The notes under the pieces are model-generated. The model was not told the DNA's origin. It saw nothing but the letters and a program-made list of their open reading frames with translations, and did no database searches. A stretch of DNA of 64,000 bases from the NCBI GenBank assembly GCA_963668315.1, contig OY764216.1, positions 896,001-960,000 of the forward strand, in the 5' to 3' direction. A program made the position numbers and the translations under genes. Positions 40,306 to 49,851 of the stretch are shown here, one piece after another (the stretch's first letter is position 1; each line of letters starts with the position of its first letter). The DNA is from Spirochaetia bacterium (GTDB lineage Bacteria > Spirochaetota > Spirochaetia > DSM-2461).

Positions 40306-41052
40306 TCACTTTTTCAGCTGCCCCTTGCTGTCCACCAGGTCGGGATATAGCTCCTTCAGGCAATTGGGGCATATCCCGTGGCTGAAGGAGACATCCTTCT
40401 TCCTGTGCATATAGTCGTCGACGGGCTGCCATTTTCCCTCATCGTCAAGGATCTTTTTGCAGTGGGAGCAGATGGGGAGAAGCTCTTCGAGGGTGGCTAT
40501 CTGCAGCTTGTAAAGGTTTCTGTTCCGTTCGTAGGAGAAGAGGATAAAGCCGATGCAGGAGTGTACGAGCAAGGCCGCCAGCGTCTCTATTCCGTTATAC
40601 GCCACGGCAATTCTCCCCCGGGAGGACAAGAGAAAGAGCAGACCTATGATGATCAGGAAGGAGAGGGTCAGGATAAGTCCTTTCCTCTGACTGTGGAGAG
40701 AGAAGAAGAGGGGAGGCAGGATCAGGGTCCAGATAATGCCTGTGTTGCCGAAGCCGCCGTTCCAGTAAAGATATATACCCATGGCTATGACGAGGACAGT
40801 TAGCAATCTCCTCGGACCCCGGCTTTTCTTCCTCAGGATAAGGCTGTAAAACGTATAGATCAGCATTATCGTGCTGCTTATCAATTCCGCCCTGCCCGCC
40901 GTGACTCTGCCTACTTTTACATTGACGATTCCGAATAGGAAAATCAGGAGAGAGATAATGATGGAAAAGGACAGGGTTATTCTGGTTTTCATGATATCAG
41001 ATTCCGCCCCGTCATCGAGCTGTACTTTTTTTCCCTTCTTTTTTAACTTCAT
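40306..41052 (-). CDS. Multi-TM membrane protein with C-terminal Cys4 domain (homologue of 13354-14151)
   Basis: TMs, then LLPICSHCKKI...W...FSHGICPNC. Confidence 0.75.
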   Translation of the reverse strand: MKLKKKGKKVQLDDGAESDIMKTRITLSFSIIISLLIFLFGIVNVKVGRVTAGRAELISSTIMLIYTFYSLILRKKSRGPRRLLTVLVIAMGIYLYWNGGFGNTGIIWTLILPPLFFSLHSQRKGLILTLSFLIIIGLLFLLSSRGRIAVAYNGIETLAALLVHSCIGFILFSYERNRNLYKLQIATLEELLPICSHCKKILDDEGKWQPVDDYMHRKKDVSFSHGICPNCLKELYPDLVDSKGQLKK

Positions 41053-41141
41053 AGGGTAATTATAAGCCCCGGTGTGGCAATTCTCAAGTTTTCATGATTA
41101 ATTGCAGCGCCATCGGGGAAAGAGCCGTTACCCCATTAACA

Positions 41142-43955
41142 TCAGCACTCCTCATAACAATGATTCTTAATATCGAATCGTGTCCCTTCGAAGGTCCGTA
41201 TCAGGCTGGTACTGACCCGGAGTTCCACCCGGTTTGTCCCTTCGTTCAAGGCGGAAGCATCCGTTTCTACCCTATAGGGCATCCAGGGGGCCGGCAGGAA
41301 GGGACCCCCGTTCAGGCTGATTTCCAGGGCGTCCTGAAAAGGAACGGGAGGGAGGAGTTCAAGCCGGGTTTTTCCCGTGGATTCCGTCGTACTCCCGTAG
41401 TTGAAATCGAATGCATAGAGCAGCCGCCCCGAATAATAGGGAAGGCCCATCTGCCGGTAATCGTCGAACCGGCAGGGGGTGAACCGGCCCTTCGGCGGAG
41501 CGGCAGTGAGAGAGTCGTCTCTATTCACCAGGAAATCTCCCGCCAGATAAAGGGGAGATACCAGACCGTCGTCCAGTTTCTCGGCGTCGCAGAAAATTTC
41601 CAGGGTGTTCCGGCCTTGGGAGAGCGCCCCATCAAGGGAGAGGCTTCCGGTCCCCCTGACCGGATAATCCCCGGGTTTCAGGTTAACACCGCCTCCCAGG
41701 TCCTTTCCGTTAAGACGAATCTTCCATTTCCCTCTCAGCGATCCCGGTTCGATCATCAGTTCCGCCCCTTTGGAGGCTGCGGGGTCAAGGAGGACGATTT
41801 CTCTTCGATAGATTACTGACTGCGGGCTTGCCGTCAGATCGGGCATCCAGCCGAAGTAGTGCTGAATGGCCGGTTTCCATGAAAAACCGCCCTCGTCTAT
41901 CTGATTGATGAGGGGAGAAGCCGAAACGGAATGGTTTTCGCCGTTCAGCTCCATTTCCCAGCTGTCCAGGCGCAGGTAGTTCTTCCCCAGGGGGCGGGCG
42001 TCCAGATCCGAAGGTATGTGAATGATGACCGGCCCATCGGACGGGACGTCCTCGCTCTTCGTCTCGGAAGGGGCCGTCAGGAAGGATTCGAAAGGAGCGA
42101 TGACCTTGCGGCAGGCCGTTCTGGCCCGGGGTTCGGAGCCGGAGAATTCGGTGATGCCCATTCTGCGGGCGAAGGATATTTCCAGGGGGGAATCTCCTGT
42201 GTTCAGGAAAAAATATATTCTCTCGCCGGTTATCTTTTCCCTGGTGACCATCCATAGCCGTTCGGGACTCTTTCCCGAGAGGGAGAAGGAGAGGGAAGGC
42301 GCGATTTCCAGCCCTTCCAGGTCTTCCGCCGTTCTAACAATCTGCACAAGTCCGCCCCGGGAGGTAAAGCTTTCCAGGGCGGCCGCCTTATCCGGTTCCT
42401 CGCTGGCCGTCTCCAATACGAGAAGGGTCTTCCCCCTGAGATCTTTTCCCAGTCCTTCGATGATATCCGGTTCCACCATGAGAAAATCGATTTGCCGGCC
42501 GGCCAGGGCATACAACAGGCCCTGATAATTTTCCCGCTCCTTCTCCGTGGGCAGCGATCCGGTCGGATCGTAGATATAGAGATCCGAGTGGATACGGGTG
42601 GCATCAAAGGCCTCCTGGATGTGGGCAATACGCTCCGACAGAAGATGGGTCAGCGGCCAGTAGGGCATCTGGAAGAAGAAGGTGGGCGGCGCGTCGTGCT
42701 TCGTCAGGCCGTGGGTGGTATAGAAGTAGCCGTGGGGCACCAGCATGGTTATGCCCATGAGAACCAGGCTCTCCGCGATAATCCTTGCATCCAGCAGTGT
42801 TCCGCTCCAGCCCAGGCTGTGATAGCATTCGCACAGGCATCCTTCCTTATCGTAGAACTTGGCCGCCGAAGCGCAGGCCCGGGCATTGCCCCTCAAGGTT
42901 GACCTGATTATATCGGGGATCCTTCCCGCTTTGGTATGGCCCGGATCGCAGCCGGGAATAGCCATATGCTTCATCTGGCGCAGGTACAGAGAAGGTTTTT
43001 CTCCGCAGTAGCGAATCCCGTTTTCTTCGCACCATCGGCTTACGGGGATTTCAAAGCTCTCCTCGAAGAGTTTGTACTTGAGGCGGTAGAGATTTTGTCT
43101 TATGCCGTCGGCTCCGGGAAAACTGTCGCTGATCAGGGCGGGCAGCTTATCGGTAAGCTCCTCACCGTAGGCCTTTTTGTACTCTTCGGGCAGGCGGGCA
43201 GACCAATCCGGTTCTATCTCGTCGGTAAAGGATGAGAAAAAGAGGGACGAGAGTTCCTCTCCGAAATAATCCCCATAGGCCTTGTGCGTCTTGGTAAGGA
43301 AATACTCCATGGCCTCGGGATTCAGGACATCGGGAAGGGTTCCCCAATATTTGAAGCGATCCTGTTCGGTTTGAACCGAGACGCAGAGGCTATACTCCCC
43401 CTTTTCCAGTTCCATTATCAATGTAGGAACAGGCCGGGAGGCGAAGTAGCGTTTCTGGTTATAAGACGTCAGCCCCCCCGCATGGAAGGTGTGGTCTGCC
43501 AGGACCATTCCTATATGAGAGGTGACATCCCTGCGGTTATCCCATAACTCCCTTTCCCCTTCCATGGGGACGAGAGTGGCGTTGAGAATATGCCCCTCCG
43601 GAAGAGGCAGGGAGACGCTGCCTCCCGAAAGGGAGTAGTTCTTCTGTACGAGGTGGGTGCCCCTGAATTCGGGACGGCCCAGGGTGACGAAACCGCCGGC
43701 GGATCCGGAGGGATAGGGATATTCATCGTAGATGTGCGCCGTCATGTCCTTGTCCCGGCTGTATTCAGCCGTCTGTCTGAGAAGGGCGAAGAAGCTCTCC
43801 GACAGATAGGGGAGGGTCATGCCCTGGCGGAAATGGATATAGAATCCATTAATCCCCTGTTCTGCCATCAGATCTATCTGGTGTCGGATCTCCTCTATCT
43901 CCATGTCGCCGTTCCAGAACCAGAACGGATGAAATCCTGTTGTCTTTTTGTCCAT
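41142..43955 (-). CDS. Large glycoside hydrolase, GH106 (alpha-L-rhamnosidase)-like
   Basis: HPFWFWNG, GINGFYIH, YDEYPYPSGSAGG and FTDE; C-terminal beta-sandwich (EGTNRVELRV); no signal peptide. Confidence 0.7.
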   Translation of the reverse strand: MDKKTTGFHPFWFWNGDMEIEEIRHQIDLMAEQGINGFYIHFRQGMTLPYLSESFFALLRQTAEYSRDKDMTAHIYDEYPYPSGSAGGFVTLGRPEFRGTHLVQKNYSLSGGSVSLPLPEGHILNATLVPMEGERELWDNRRDVTSHIGMVLADHTFHAGGLTSYNQKRYFASRPVPTLIMELEKGEYSLCVSVQTEQDRFKYWGTLPDVLNPEAMEYFLTKTHKAYGDYFGEELSSLFFSSFTDEIEPDWSARLPEEYKKAYGEELTDKLPALISDSFPGADGIRQNLYRLKYKLFEESFEIPVSRWCEENGIRYCGEKPSLYLRQMKHMAIPGCDPGHTKAGRIPDIIRSTLRGNARACASAAKFYDKEGCLCECYHSLGWSGTLLDARIIAESLVLMGITMLVPHGYFYTTHGLTKHDAPPTFFFQMPYWPLTHLLSERIAHIQEAFDATRIHSDLYIYDPTGSLPTEKERENYQGLLYALAGRQIDFLMVEPDIIEGLGKDLRGKTLLVLETASEEPDKAAALESFTSRGGLVQIVRTAEDLEGLEIAPSLSFSLSGKSPERLWMVTREKITGERIYFFLNTGDSPLEISFARRMGITEFSGSEPRARTACRKVIAPFESFLTAPSETKSEDVPSDGPVIIHIPSDLDARPLGKNYLRLDSWEMELNGENHSVSASPLINQIDEGGFSWKPAIQHYFGWMPDLTASPQSVIYRREIVLLDPAASKGAELMIEPGSLRGKWKIRLNGKDLGGGVNLKPGDYPVRGTGSLSLDGALSQGRNTLEIFCDAEKLDDGLVSPLYLAGDFLVNRDDSLTAAPPKGRFTPCRFDDYRQMGLPYYSGRLLYAFDFNYGSTTESTGKTRLELLPPVPFQDALEISLNGGPFLPAPWMPYRVETDASALNEGTNRVELRVSTSLIRTFEGTRFDIKNHCYEEC

Positions 43956-44144
43956 CCTTTCCTCCGTATTTCACAGTGTAGGGGAATATCGGGGAGAATA
44001 ATATAAAAATATTGCCAATTAATTGTCTTTTATACCCAAAAATCAAATGGAACGCACCGATCCTGACCTGGGGATCGGGAAGAGAGAGAATCTGATCAGG
44101 AGGTGACTTTCGACCATAATGTAAAATGTTCTAAAAAGTCAAAA

Positions 44145-44217
44145 ATTGTGTATATGCAAAAAAATAACTCTAAAATATTGACATATGCAAAATAAATAAA
44201 TATTGTATTTTGCAATA
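44145..44217 (+). promoter_or_regulatory. Promoter and repeated TTG..TGCAA boxes upstream of the DUF917 operon
   Basis: TTGACA(44178)-17-TATTGT(44201); three TTG-N5/6-TGCAA boxes. Confidence 0.55.
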
Positions 44218-44298
44218 GCTATTTTATGGGGAATCTGATTTACGCGAAAAATATAGGGGTTCTATCACAAACAAATGTAGTTGTTGCAGGGGAAGATA

Positions 44299-45387
44299 AT
44301 GGATTACTTACTTGAAGAGGATTTAGATTATATCGCCATAGGGGCTGCCATACTGGGCGCGGGCGGCGGAGGAGACCCTTATGTGGGAAAACTGATGGCT
44401 AAGCAGGCCATCAGGAAGCATGGAAAGGTAAGGCTGATAAAAGCAGAGGACGTACCGGATGATGAGCTTGTCATTCCTTCGGCTATGATGGGAGCGCCGG
44501 CCGTTATGCTCGAGAAGCTGCCTAACGGGAATGAGCCGGAGAATTCTTTCCGTTCCCTGGAAAAGCATTTGGGGAAAAAGGCTTATGCCGTCATTCCCAT
44601 TGAGGCGGGAGGATTGAACTCCTGCATTCCCGTCTATACGGCGGCTTGTCTGGGACTGCCTCTTGTTGATGCAGATGGTATGGGCAGAGCCTTTCCGGAG
44701 CTTCCCATGACGACCTTTAGTGTTGCCGGAGTTTCTTCCACTCCCATGGTCCTTTGTGATGAGAAAGGGAATAAGGTTGTCATGGATACAGTGACGAACG
44801 ACTGGTCCGAAGTTCTGGCCAGAAATTTGACGGTTGCCATGGGATTGTCATCCATGATGGCTATTTACTGCATGACAGGACAGCAGCTTAAAAAATCCTC
44901 TGTTAAAGGAACGATGTCCTTTGCCTGGAAAATCGGGAAAAGGCTTATGGAAGCAAATAAAGAGAAGGCCGATCCGGTCGCCGGATTGCTTGAAGTCGCC
45001 GGCGGATTTCGTTTGTTCGATGGTAAAATCGCCGATGTACAGCGGGATCTTACTACCGGGTTTATCCGGGGGAAGGTCAGAATGGATGGAATTGATGAAG
45101 ACAAGGGATCTTCCTTTGAGCTGGATTTTCAAAATGAGAATCTCATCGGCATCCGAAATGGTGACGCCGTTGCCATGACTCCGGACTTGATTACCGTTCT
45201 TGATAAGGAAAAGGGTTTTCCCATAACGACGGAGAGCCTGAAGTACGGCCAGCGCGTAACGGTCATAGGTATCCCCTGTGATCCGTTCTGGAGAACTGAG
45301 GAGGGGCTGGCGCAGGTGGGGCCCCGGTATTTTAAATACGATTATGAATATTCACCCATAGAAGATCTGTCCGGGAGTAAAAAATGA
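44299..45387 (+). CDS. DUF917 family protein
   Basis: GAAILGAGGGGDP, EAGGLNS, DADGMGRAFPEL, FQNENL and PDLI. Confidence 0.88.
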   Translation: MDYLLEEDLDYIAIGAAILGAGGGGDPYVGKLMAKQAIRKHGKVRLIKAEDVPDDELVIPSAMMGAPAVMLEKLPNGNEPENSFRSLEKHLGKKAYAVIPIEAGGLNSCIPVYTAACLGLPLVDADGMGRAFPELPMTTFSVAGVSSTPMVLCDEKGNKVVMDTVTNDWSEVLARNLTVAMGLSSMMAIYCMTGQQLKKSSVKGTMSFAWKIGKRLMEANKEKADPVAGLLEVAGGFRLFDGKIADVQRDLTTGFIRGKVRMDGIDEDKGSSFELDFQNENLIGIRNGDAVAMTPDLITVLDKEKGFPITTESLKYGQRVTVIGIPCDPFWRTEEGLAQVGPRYFKYDYEYSPIEDLSGSKK

Positions 45388-46937
45388 AATATCGGTTGGG
45401 AATTGATGTGGGCGGTACGAACACAGATGCCGTCATTCTTGATAAGGATAATAAGGTTATTGCGAAGTGTAAAAAAGCCACGACCGAGGATATCTCGGTG
45501 GGTATTGTCAATGCGGTCGAGCATGTGCTGGCTGAGTCGGGTGTCGATCCAGCGGAGATCGCCGACGCCATGCTGGGGACAACCCATGCGACAAATGCGA
45601 TTGTGGAGAGGAAAGGGCTGTCCAATGTCGGCGTTATTCGTCTGTCGGCCCCATCAGGGTATTCTATTCCCCCCTATGTTGAATGGCCCGAAGATATTCT
45701 GGAAGCCATTAATCATTTTTATGTCATCGTCAAAGGCGGTTACGAGTATAACGGGGCGCTGATTTCCGACATTGACAGGGATGAGATCCATAGAGCGCTT
45801 CTTGAAGTTAAGGCGAAGGGAGCCGAGGCTCTGGCCGTATCAGGAGTTTTTTCTCTGGTCAACAATGATCAGGAACATGCTGTCAAAGAGATGGCCGCAG
45901 AGGTTTTCGGAGAAGATTTCCCCATTACCCTATCCAGCGAAATCGGTTCTATCGGAATCATAGAGAGGGAGAATGCCGCCATTCTCAATGCGGCGATCAG
46001 GAAGCTGGCAGGAAAGGCTTACGGATCTTTTCAGAATGTACTCAGGGAGCATGGCATCAAGGCAGATCTCTTTATCACGCAGAATGACGGAACGCTCATG
46101 TCTATTGATTATGCGAAGAGATATCCCGTTCTGACAATTGCCTCGGGGCCGACCAATTCCTTGCGGGGCGCTGCTTTTCTTACGGGGATACAGGATGGAA
46201 TCGTTGTGGATGTCGGCGGGACGACCACAGATGTAGGCGTACTCAGCAAGGGATTCCCCCGGGAATCTTCCGCCGCCGTTGAAATCGGGGGGGTCAGGAC
46301 TAATTTCCGAATGCCCGATCTGATCACTCTTGGTCTCGGCGGAGGCTCTCTGGTTAAGACATCTCCCTCCATGCTGATTGGTCCCCAGTCCGTAGGATAC
46401 CGGATACACCAGGAAGGTATGATCTTCGGGGGCGGAACATTGACGGCTACCGATCTTGTCGTAGCATCAGGTCGTTTCAAACTGGGAGATACGCTGCTGG
46501 TCGAGGATCTTGATAAGGCACTGGTTGATGAAGGTCTGAGTTTGATGAAAGTCATGGTGGAGGATGTGGTTGATAAGATGAAAACCATGGCTTCCGACTT
46601 ACCCGTAATTGTCGTAGGCGGCGGAAGTATTCTTGTCGGAGATGAGCTAGAGGGGGCGAGTTCAGTCATCAAGCCGGAGCATTACGAAGTCGCCAATGCA
46701 ATCGGAGCGGCCATATCCCAGGTTTCAGGCAGCATCGATGGGGTCTTCGATATTGTCGCTAAAGGCAGGGACGCTGTGATAGAGGAGGTTAAGGAAGCGG
46801 CGAAAAGGGAGGCTGTGAAAGCCGGAGCCGATGAGTCGACATTGGAAATTGTCGAGTTGGAAGAGATACCCCTGGCCTATCTTCCTTCCAATGCCGTCCG
46901 TTTTCGTGTGAAAGCCGTAGGGGAATTAAAAAGATAA
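45384..46937 (+). CDS. Hydantoinase A/oxoprolinase family ATP-binding protein
   Basis: GIDVGGTNTDA, SGPTNS, DVGGTTTD, GGGS and ANAIGAA; 4-bp overlap with DUF917. Confidence 0.9.
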   Translation: MKYRLGIDVGGTNTDAVILDKDNKVIAKCKKATTEDISVGIVNAVEHVLAESGVDPAEIADAMLGTTHATNAIVERKGLSNVGVIRLSAPSGYSIPPYVEWPEDILEAINHFYVIVKGGYEYNGALISDIDRDEIHRALLEVKAKGAEALAVSGVFSLVNNDQEHAVKEMAAEVFGEDFPITLSSEIGSIGIIERENAAILNAAIRKLAGKAYGSFQNVLREHGIKADLFITQNDGTLMSIDYAKRYPVLTIASGPTNSLRGAAFLTGIQDGIVVDVGGTTTDVGVLSKGFPRESSAAVEIGGVRTNFRMPDLITLGLGGGSLVKTSPSMLIGPQSVGYRIHQEGMIFGGGTLTATDLVVASGRFKLGDTLLVEDLDKALVDEGLSLMKVMVEDVVDKMKTMASDLPVIVVGGGSILVGDELEGASSVIKPEHYEVANAIGAAISQVSGSIDGVFDIVAKGRDAVIEEVKEAAKREAVKAGADESTLEIVELEEIPLAYLPSNAVRFRVKAVGELKR

Positions 46938-46990
46938 GTCGTCAGAGGCGGCATAAAAAGGTCTACTAAAGAGAGGAGAGGGAAAGTACA

Positions 46991-48313
46991 ATGGAAGGAA
47001 AAAAAGATCTACTTGAGGATTACGGAGTCAATCCGGTTCCCGAAGGGAAAGGGAAAAACTGGTTTGAAATCGGTATCGTGTATTGGGGGTCGGCGATTTG
47101 CCTGCCCGCATTTCTTATCGCCGGACTTATCGCCGGTCCTTCCCGCCTGAGTACGGCGGCGGGGGCGTTTTTGTTCGGATCAATTGTTCTGGGTGCGATT
47201 TCCATTTTAGTGGGAATTTTGGGCGCGAAAACCAGGCTTTCCACGGGTATGTCCGCCAAGTTCACATTCGGGAGATACGGGGCCAACGTTCTTCAGCTCC
47301 TGCTCTTTTTCGGATTATGGGGCTGGTTCGGAGTTCAGCTGGGCTTTATGGTTGCCGGCTTGGGCAACGGAGGACTCGCGTTTGCTCTCGGGGGGGCTGT
47401 TCCCGTTTGGCTGCTGAAAATCGTAGGGGGAGTCCTCATGACCCTTTCTGCCATGCTTGGATTCAAAGCCATTGAGAAACTGAGCATTGTTGCCATACCA
47501 CTCCTTATCATAATAATCCTGGCCACCATTGTCAGTGTTTACAGCGGAGACAAGACTCTTGCCTCCGTCGCTTCGGTAACTGCAGAGGGAGCCATGCCTC
47601 TGGGGGCAGCCATCTCTATCGTGATAGGCACCTATATTGTAGGAGCACTGATCGCTCCCGATATAACCCGTTACGCAAAAAGCAAATCGGCCGGCGGATG
47701 GGGAATGGCTTTCGGAATGCTCATCGGCTTTCCCGTTGTTCTTATCCTTGGCGCCGTTATGGTTAAAGGAGCAGGGGGAGAAGTGGACTTCTCAAAAGTT
47801 ATGCTCGCGAATAATTCGGGCTTCTGGTCCGTTCTGGCAGTCCTTGCGATAATTCTTGCCGCCTGGACTACGAACGATAACAACCTCTACTCTGGAGCTC
47901 TGTCTCTGAATGCCATGTTCCCTTTCATGAAAAAATGGATGATAACCATTGTCTCGGGAGTCGTGGGGACGGGATTGGCCCTGGCCGGCATAAATACCGC
48001 CGCCGGATTTCAGGCTTTTCTGGGGGTCGTCGCCATATTGATACCTCCGGCGGCTTCGGTCATGATTATTGACTATTATTTTTTCAAATGCGAAGAGAAC
48101 AGATTTTTTAATTCAGAGGAAGCCAATGACGCCGAAGATTTCAGGCCGATTCCTTTCATCGCCTGGATGGTCGGAAGCGCTCTGGGTTTTCTGATTCAGA
48201 AAACAAGCCTCCAGATAACTACGGTTCCGGCTCTTGATACGATTATCGTGGCCGGGATCTGCTATGCTGCCATTATGGTGGCTTCAAAGAAGAAAGTTCT
48301 AGTCAGCGCGTAG
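46991..48313 (+). CDS. NCS1/cytosine permease (CodB-like)
   Basis: About 12 TMs; GWFGVQ, PDITRYAK and WTTNDNNLYS. Confidence 0.9.
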   Translation: MEGKKDLLEDYGVNPVPEGKGKNWFEIGIVYWGSAICLPAFLIAGLIAGPSRLSTAAGAFLFGSIVLGAISILVGILGAKTRLSTGMSAKFTFGRYGANVLQLLLFFGLWGWFGVQLGFMVAGLGNGGLAFALGGAVPVWLLKIVGGVLMTLSAMLGFKAIEKLSIVAIPLLIIIILATIVSVYSGDKTLASVASVTAEGAMPLGAAISIVIGTYIVGALIAPDITRYAKSKSAGGWGMAFGMLIGFPVVLILGAVMVKGAGGEVDFSKVMLANNSGFWSVLAVLAIILAAWTTNDNNLYSGALSLNAMFPFMKKWMITIVSGVVGTGLALAGINTAAGFQAFLGVVAILIPPAASVMIIDYYFFKCEENRFFNSEEANDAEDFRPIPFIAWMVGSALGFLIQKTSLQITTVPALDTIIVAGICYAAIMVASKKKVLVSA

Positions 48314-48318
48314 TGTCA

Positions 48319-48350
48319 CGCCATCCGCCGGGGTTCTCCGGCGGATGGCG
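48319..48350 (+). terminator. 13-bp stem-loop after the permease
   Basis: CGCCATCCGCCGG-GGTTCT-CCGGCGGATGGCG; no clear U-tract. Confidence 0.6.
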
Positions 48351-48404
48351 CCTTCCTACCCTTTAATTGACACTGCGAAATCCAGGGGATAAAATGGTGG
48401 CTAT

Positions 48405-48860
48405 ATGGCTAAATATGACAAATTGGATAAAGTTGATCTGGAAATCATCAGAAACCTCTGGGATGGCAGAACCCCGTACAGCGAGATAGCTGAAAAGATC
48501 AATCTGACCACGAATACGGTTAGGAACAGAGTCAATAAAATGCTGGCCCAGGGCTCATTGCAGATAATAAGCCTTGTTGACCCTGCGGCGATAGAAGGGC
48601 ATCACTCCGCATTCATAGGAATTAAGGTTGATCCGAGAAAAACGAAGCAGGCGATGGAACAGATCAAGGATTTGAAAGGGATTGTCGGATTAGCCATGAT
48701 CAGTGGCCGATTCGATATTATGGCGGTCCTCTTATATAACGAAGACTATACTTATGAAAAATTTCTTGATGAGGAATTGATGAAAGTAGAGGGGATTATC
48801 AGTACAGAGACTTTTTTTACCGTCGGCAGTGCCAATTTTCAGTTGCGATACGTATTGTAA
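48405..48860 (+). CDS. Lrp/AsnC family regulator
   Basis: LDKVDLEII..L..DGRTPYSEIA HTH and a RAM domain (SGRFDI). Confidence 0.92.
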   Translation: MAKYDKLDKVDLEIIRNLWDGRTPYSEIAEKINLTTNTVRNRVNKMLAQGSLQIISLVDPAAIEGHHSAFIGIKVDPRKTKQAMEQIKDLKGIVGLAMISGRFDIMAVLLYNEDYTYEKFLDEELMKVEGIISTETFFTVGSANFQLRYVL

Positions 48861-48924
48861 TATGATTTCCCCGGGCCGTTCTTTTTCTCCCTTTATACCC
48901 GGTTTCCTGCTATAATTCTCCCCC

Positions 48925-49782
48925 ATGGAAGCCTTGAGACGGATAGAAGCCTATCTGAAAGATCCTGCTTTTCCTCTGGCTCTGAAACATGTGGATTCGC
49001 AGAATGATTTGAGTTTTCATAGCCATGACTTTCATGAACTGGTTTATGTGGCCGGAGGACGGGGCGTTCATCTCCTGGGGGAAAACCGCTTTCTTCTGGG
49101 AGAGAGCAATGTCTTTCTCATACCCCCCGGGGTGGAGCACGGTTATGAAAAGACGGAGTCTCTGGAACTGTACAACGTTCTTTTCCGTAAAGAGAAAATG
49201 CTCCCGACAATTTATGATATGGAATATTTGACCGGTTATCAGCTCCTTTTTCATATCGAGCCGTATCTGGACGGAGCCTGTTCTGACAGGCGGCTGCTTT
49301 TTGTCGGGAAGGAGCGGATCCTGGATCTTTTTACCCAACTTGAAAATCGGCTTTCCGATGGTGAAACGGGCTGGCGCTACAGGTCAAAATATCTGTTTGA
49401 CAGGATAATTCATACCATTCTAACTGAATACATGCCGATCCCGTTCAATTCCCCCCTTGATAAGCTGAGCCGTATCATGCCGTATATCCAGGAAAACCTG
49501 GAAAACAGTCTGACACTGGAAGACCTATGCCGGGAAGCAGGCATGTCGCGGAGTTCTCTTACCCGGGCTTTTCAGCAGGTCTACCGGATGAGTCCCATGG
49601 AAAAGCTGAGGGAGAGGAGGGTGGATAAAGCCTCCCGTCTCTTGAGAGCGGGCGATCTTTCCATTCAGAGAATAGGGGAGCTCTGCGGTTTCAGTACATC
49701 GGCCTATTTCAGCCGGACCTTCCGGGAGGAGACCGGTTTTACCCCTTCCGGATACCGGAAGAAATACAGGGCCCATTCATAA
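48925..49782 (+). CDS. AraC family regulator
   Basis: HSHDFHELV cupin; CGFSTSAYFSRTF HTH. Confidence 0.9.
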   Translation: MEALRRIEAYLKDPAFPLALKHVDSQNDLSFHSHDFHELVYVAGGRGVHLLGENRFLLGESNVFLIPPGVEHGYEKTESLELYNVLFRKEKMLPTIYDMEYLTGYQLLFHIEPYLDGACSDRRLLFVGKERILDLFTQLENRLSDGETGWRYRSKYLFDRIIHTILTEYMPIPFNSPLDKLSRIMPYIQENLENSLTLEDLCREAGMSRSSLTRAFQQVYRMSPMEKLRERRVDKASRLLRAGDLSIQRIGELCGFSTSAYFSRTFREETGFTPSGYRKKYRAHS

Positions 49783-49851
49783 TATTGACATTTCCCGGCG
49801 GATTTCCGATGATTGATGCATTCTTTAATGCCTTTTAACATCGGGAAGAAG

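Noticed and set aside
44057..44078. CCGATCC...GGATCGG hairpin as an island boundary or att site
   Set aside because: No matching repeat, tRNA or integrase was found on the other side of the cassette.
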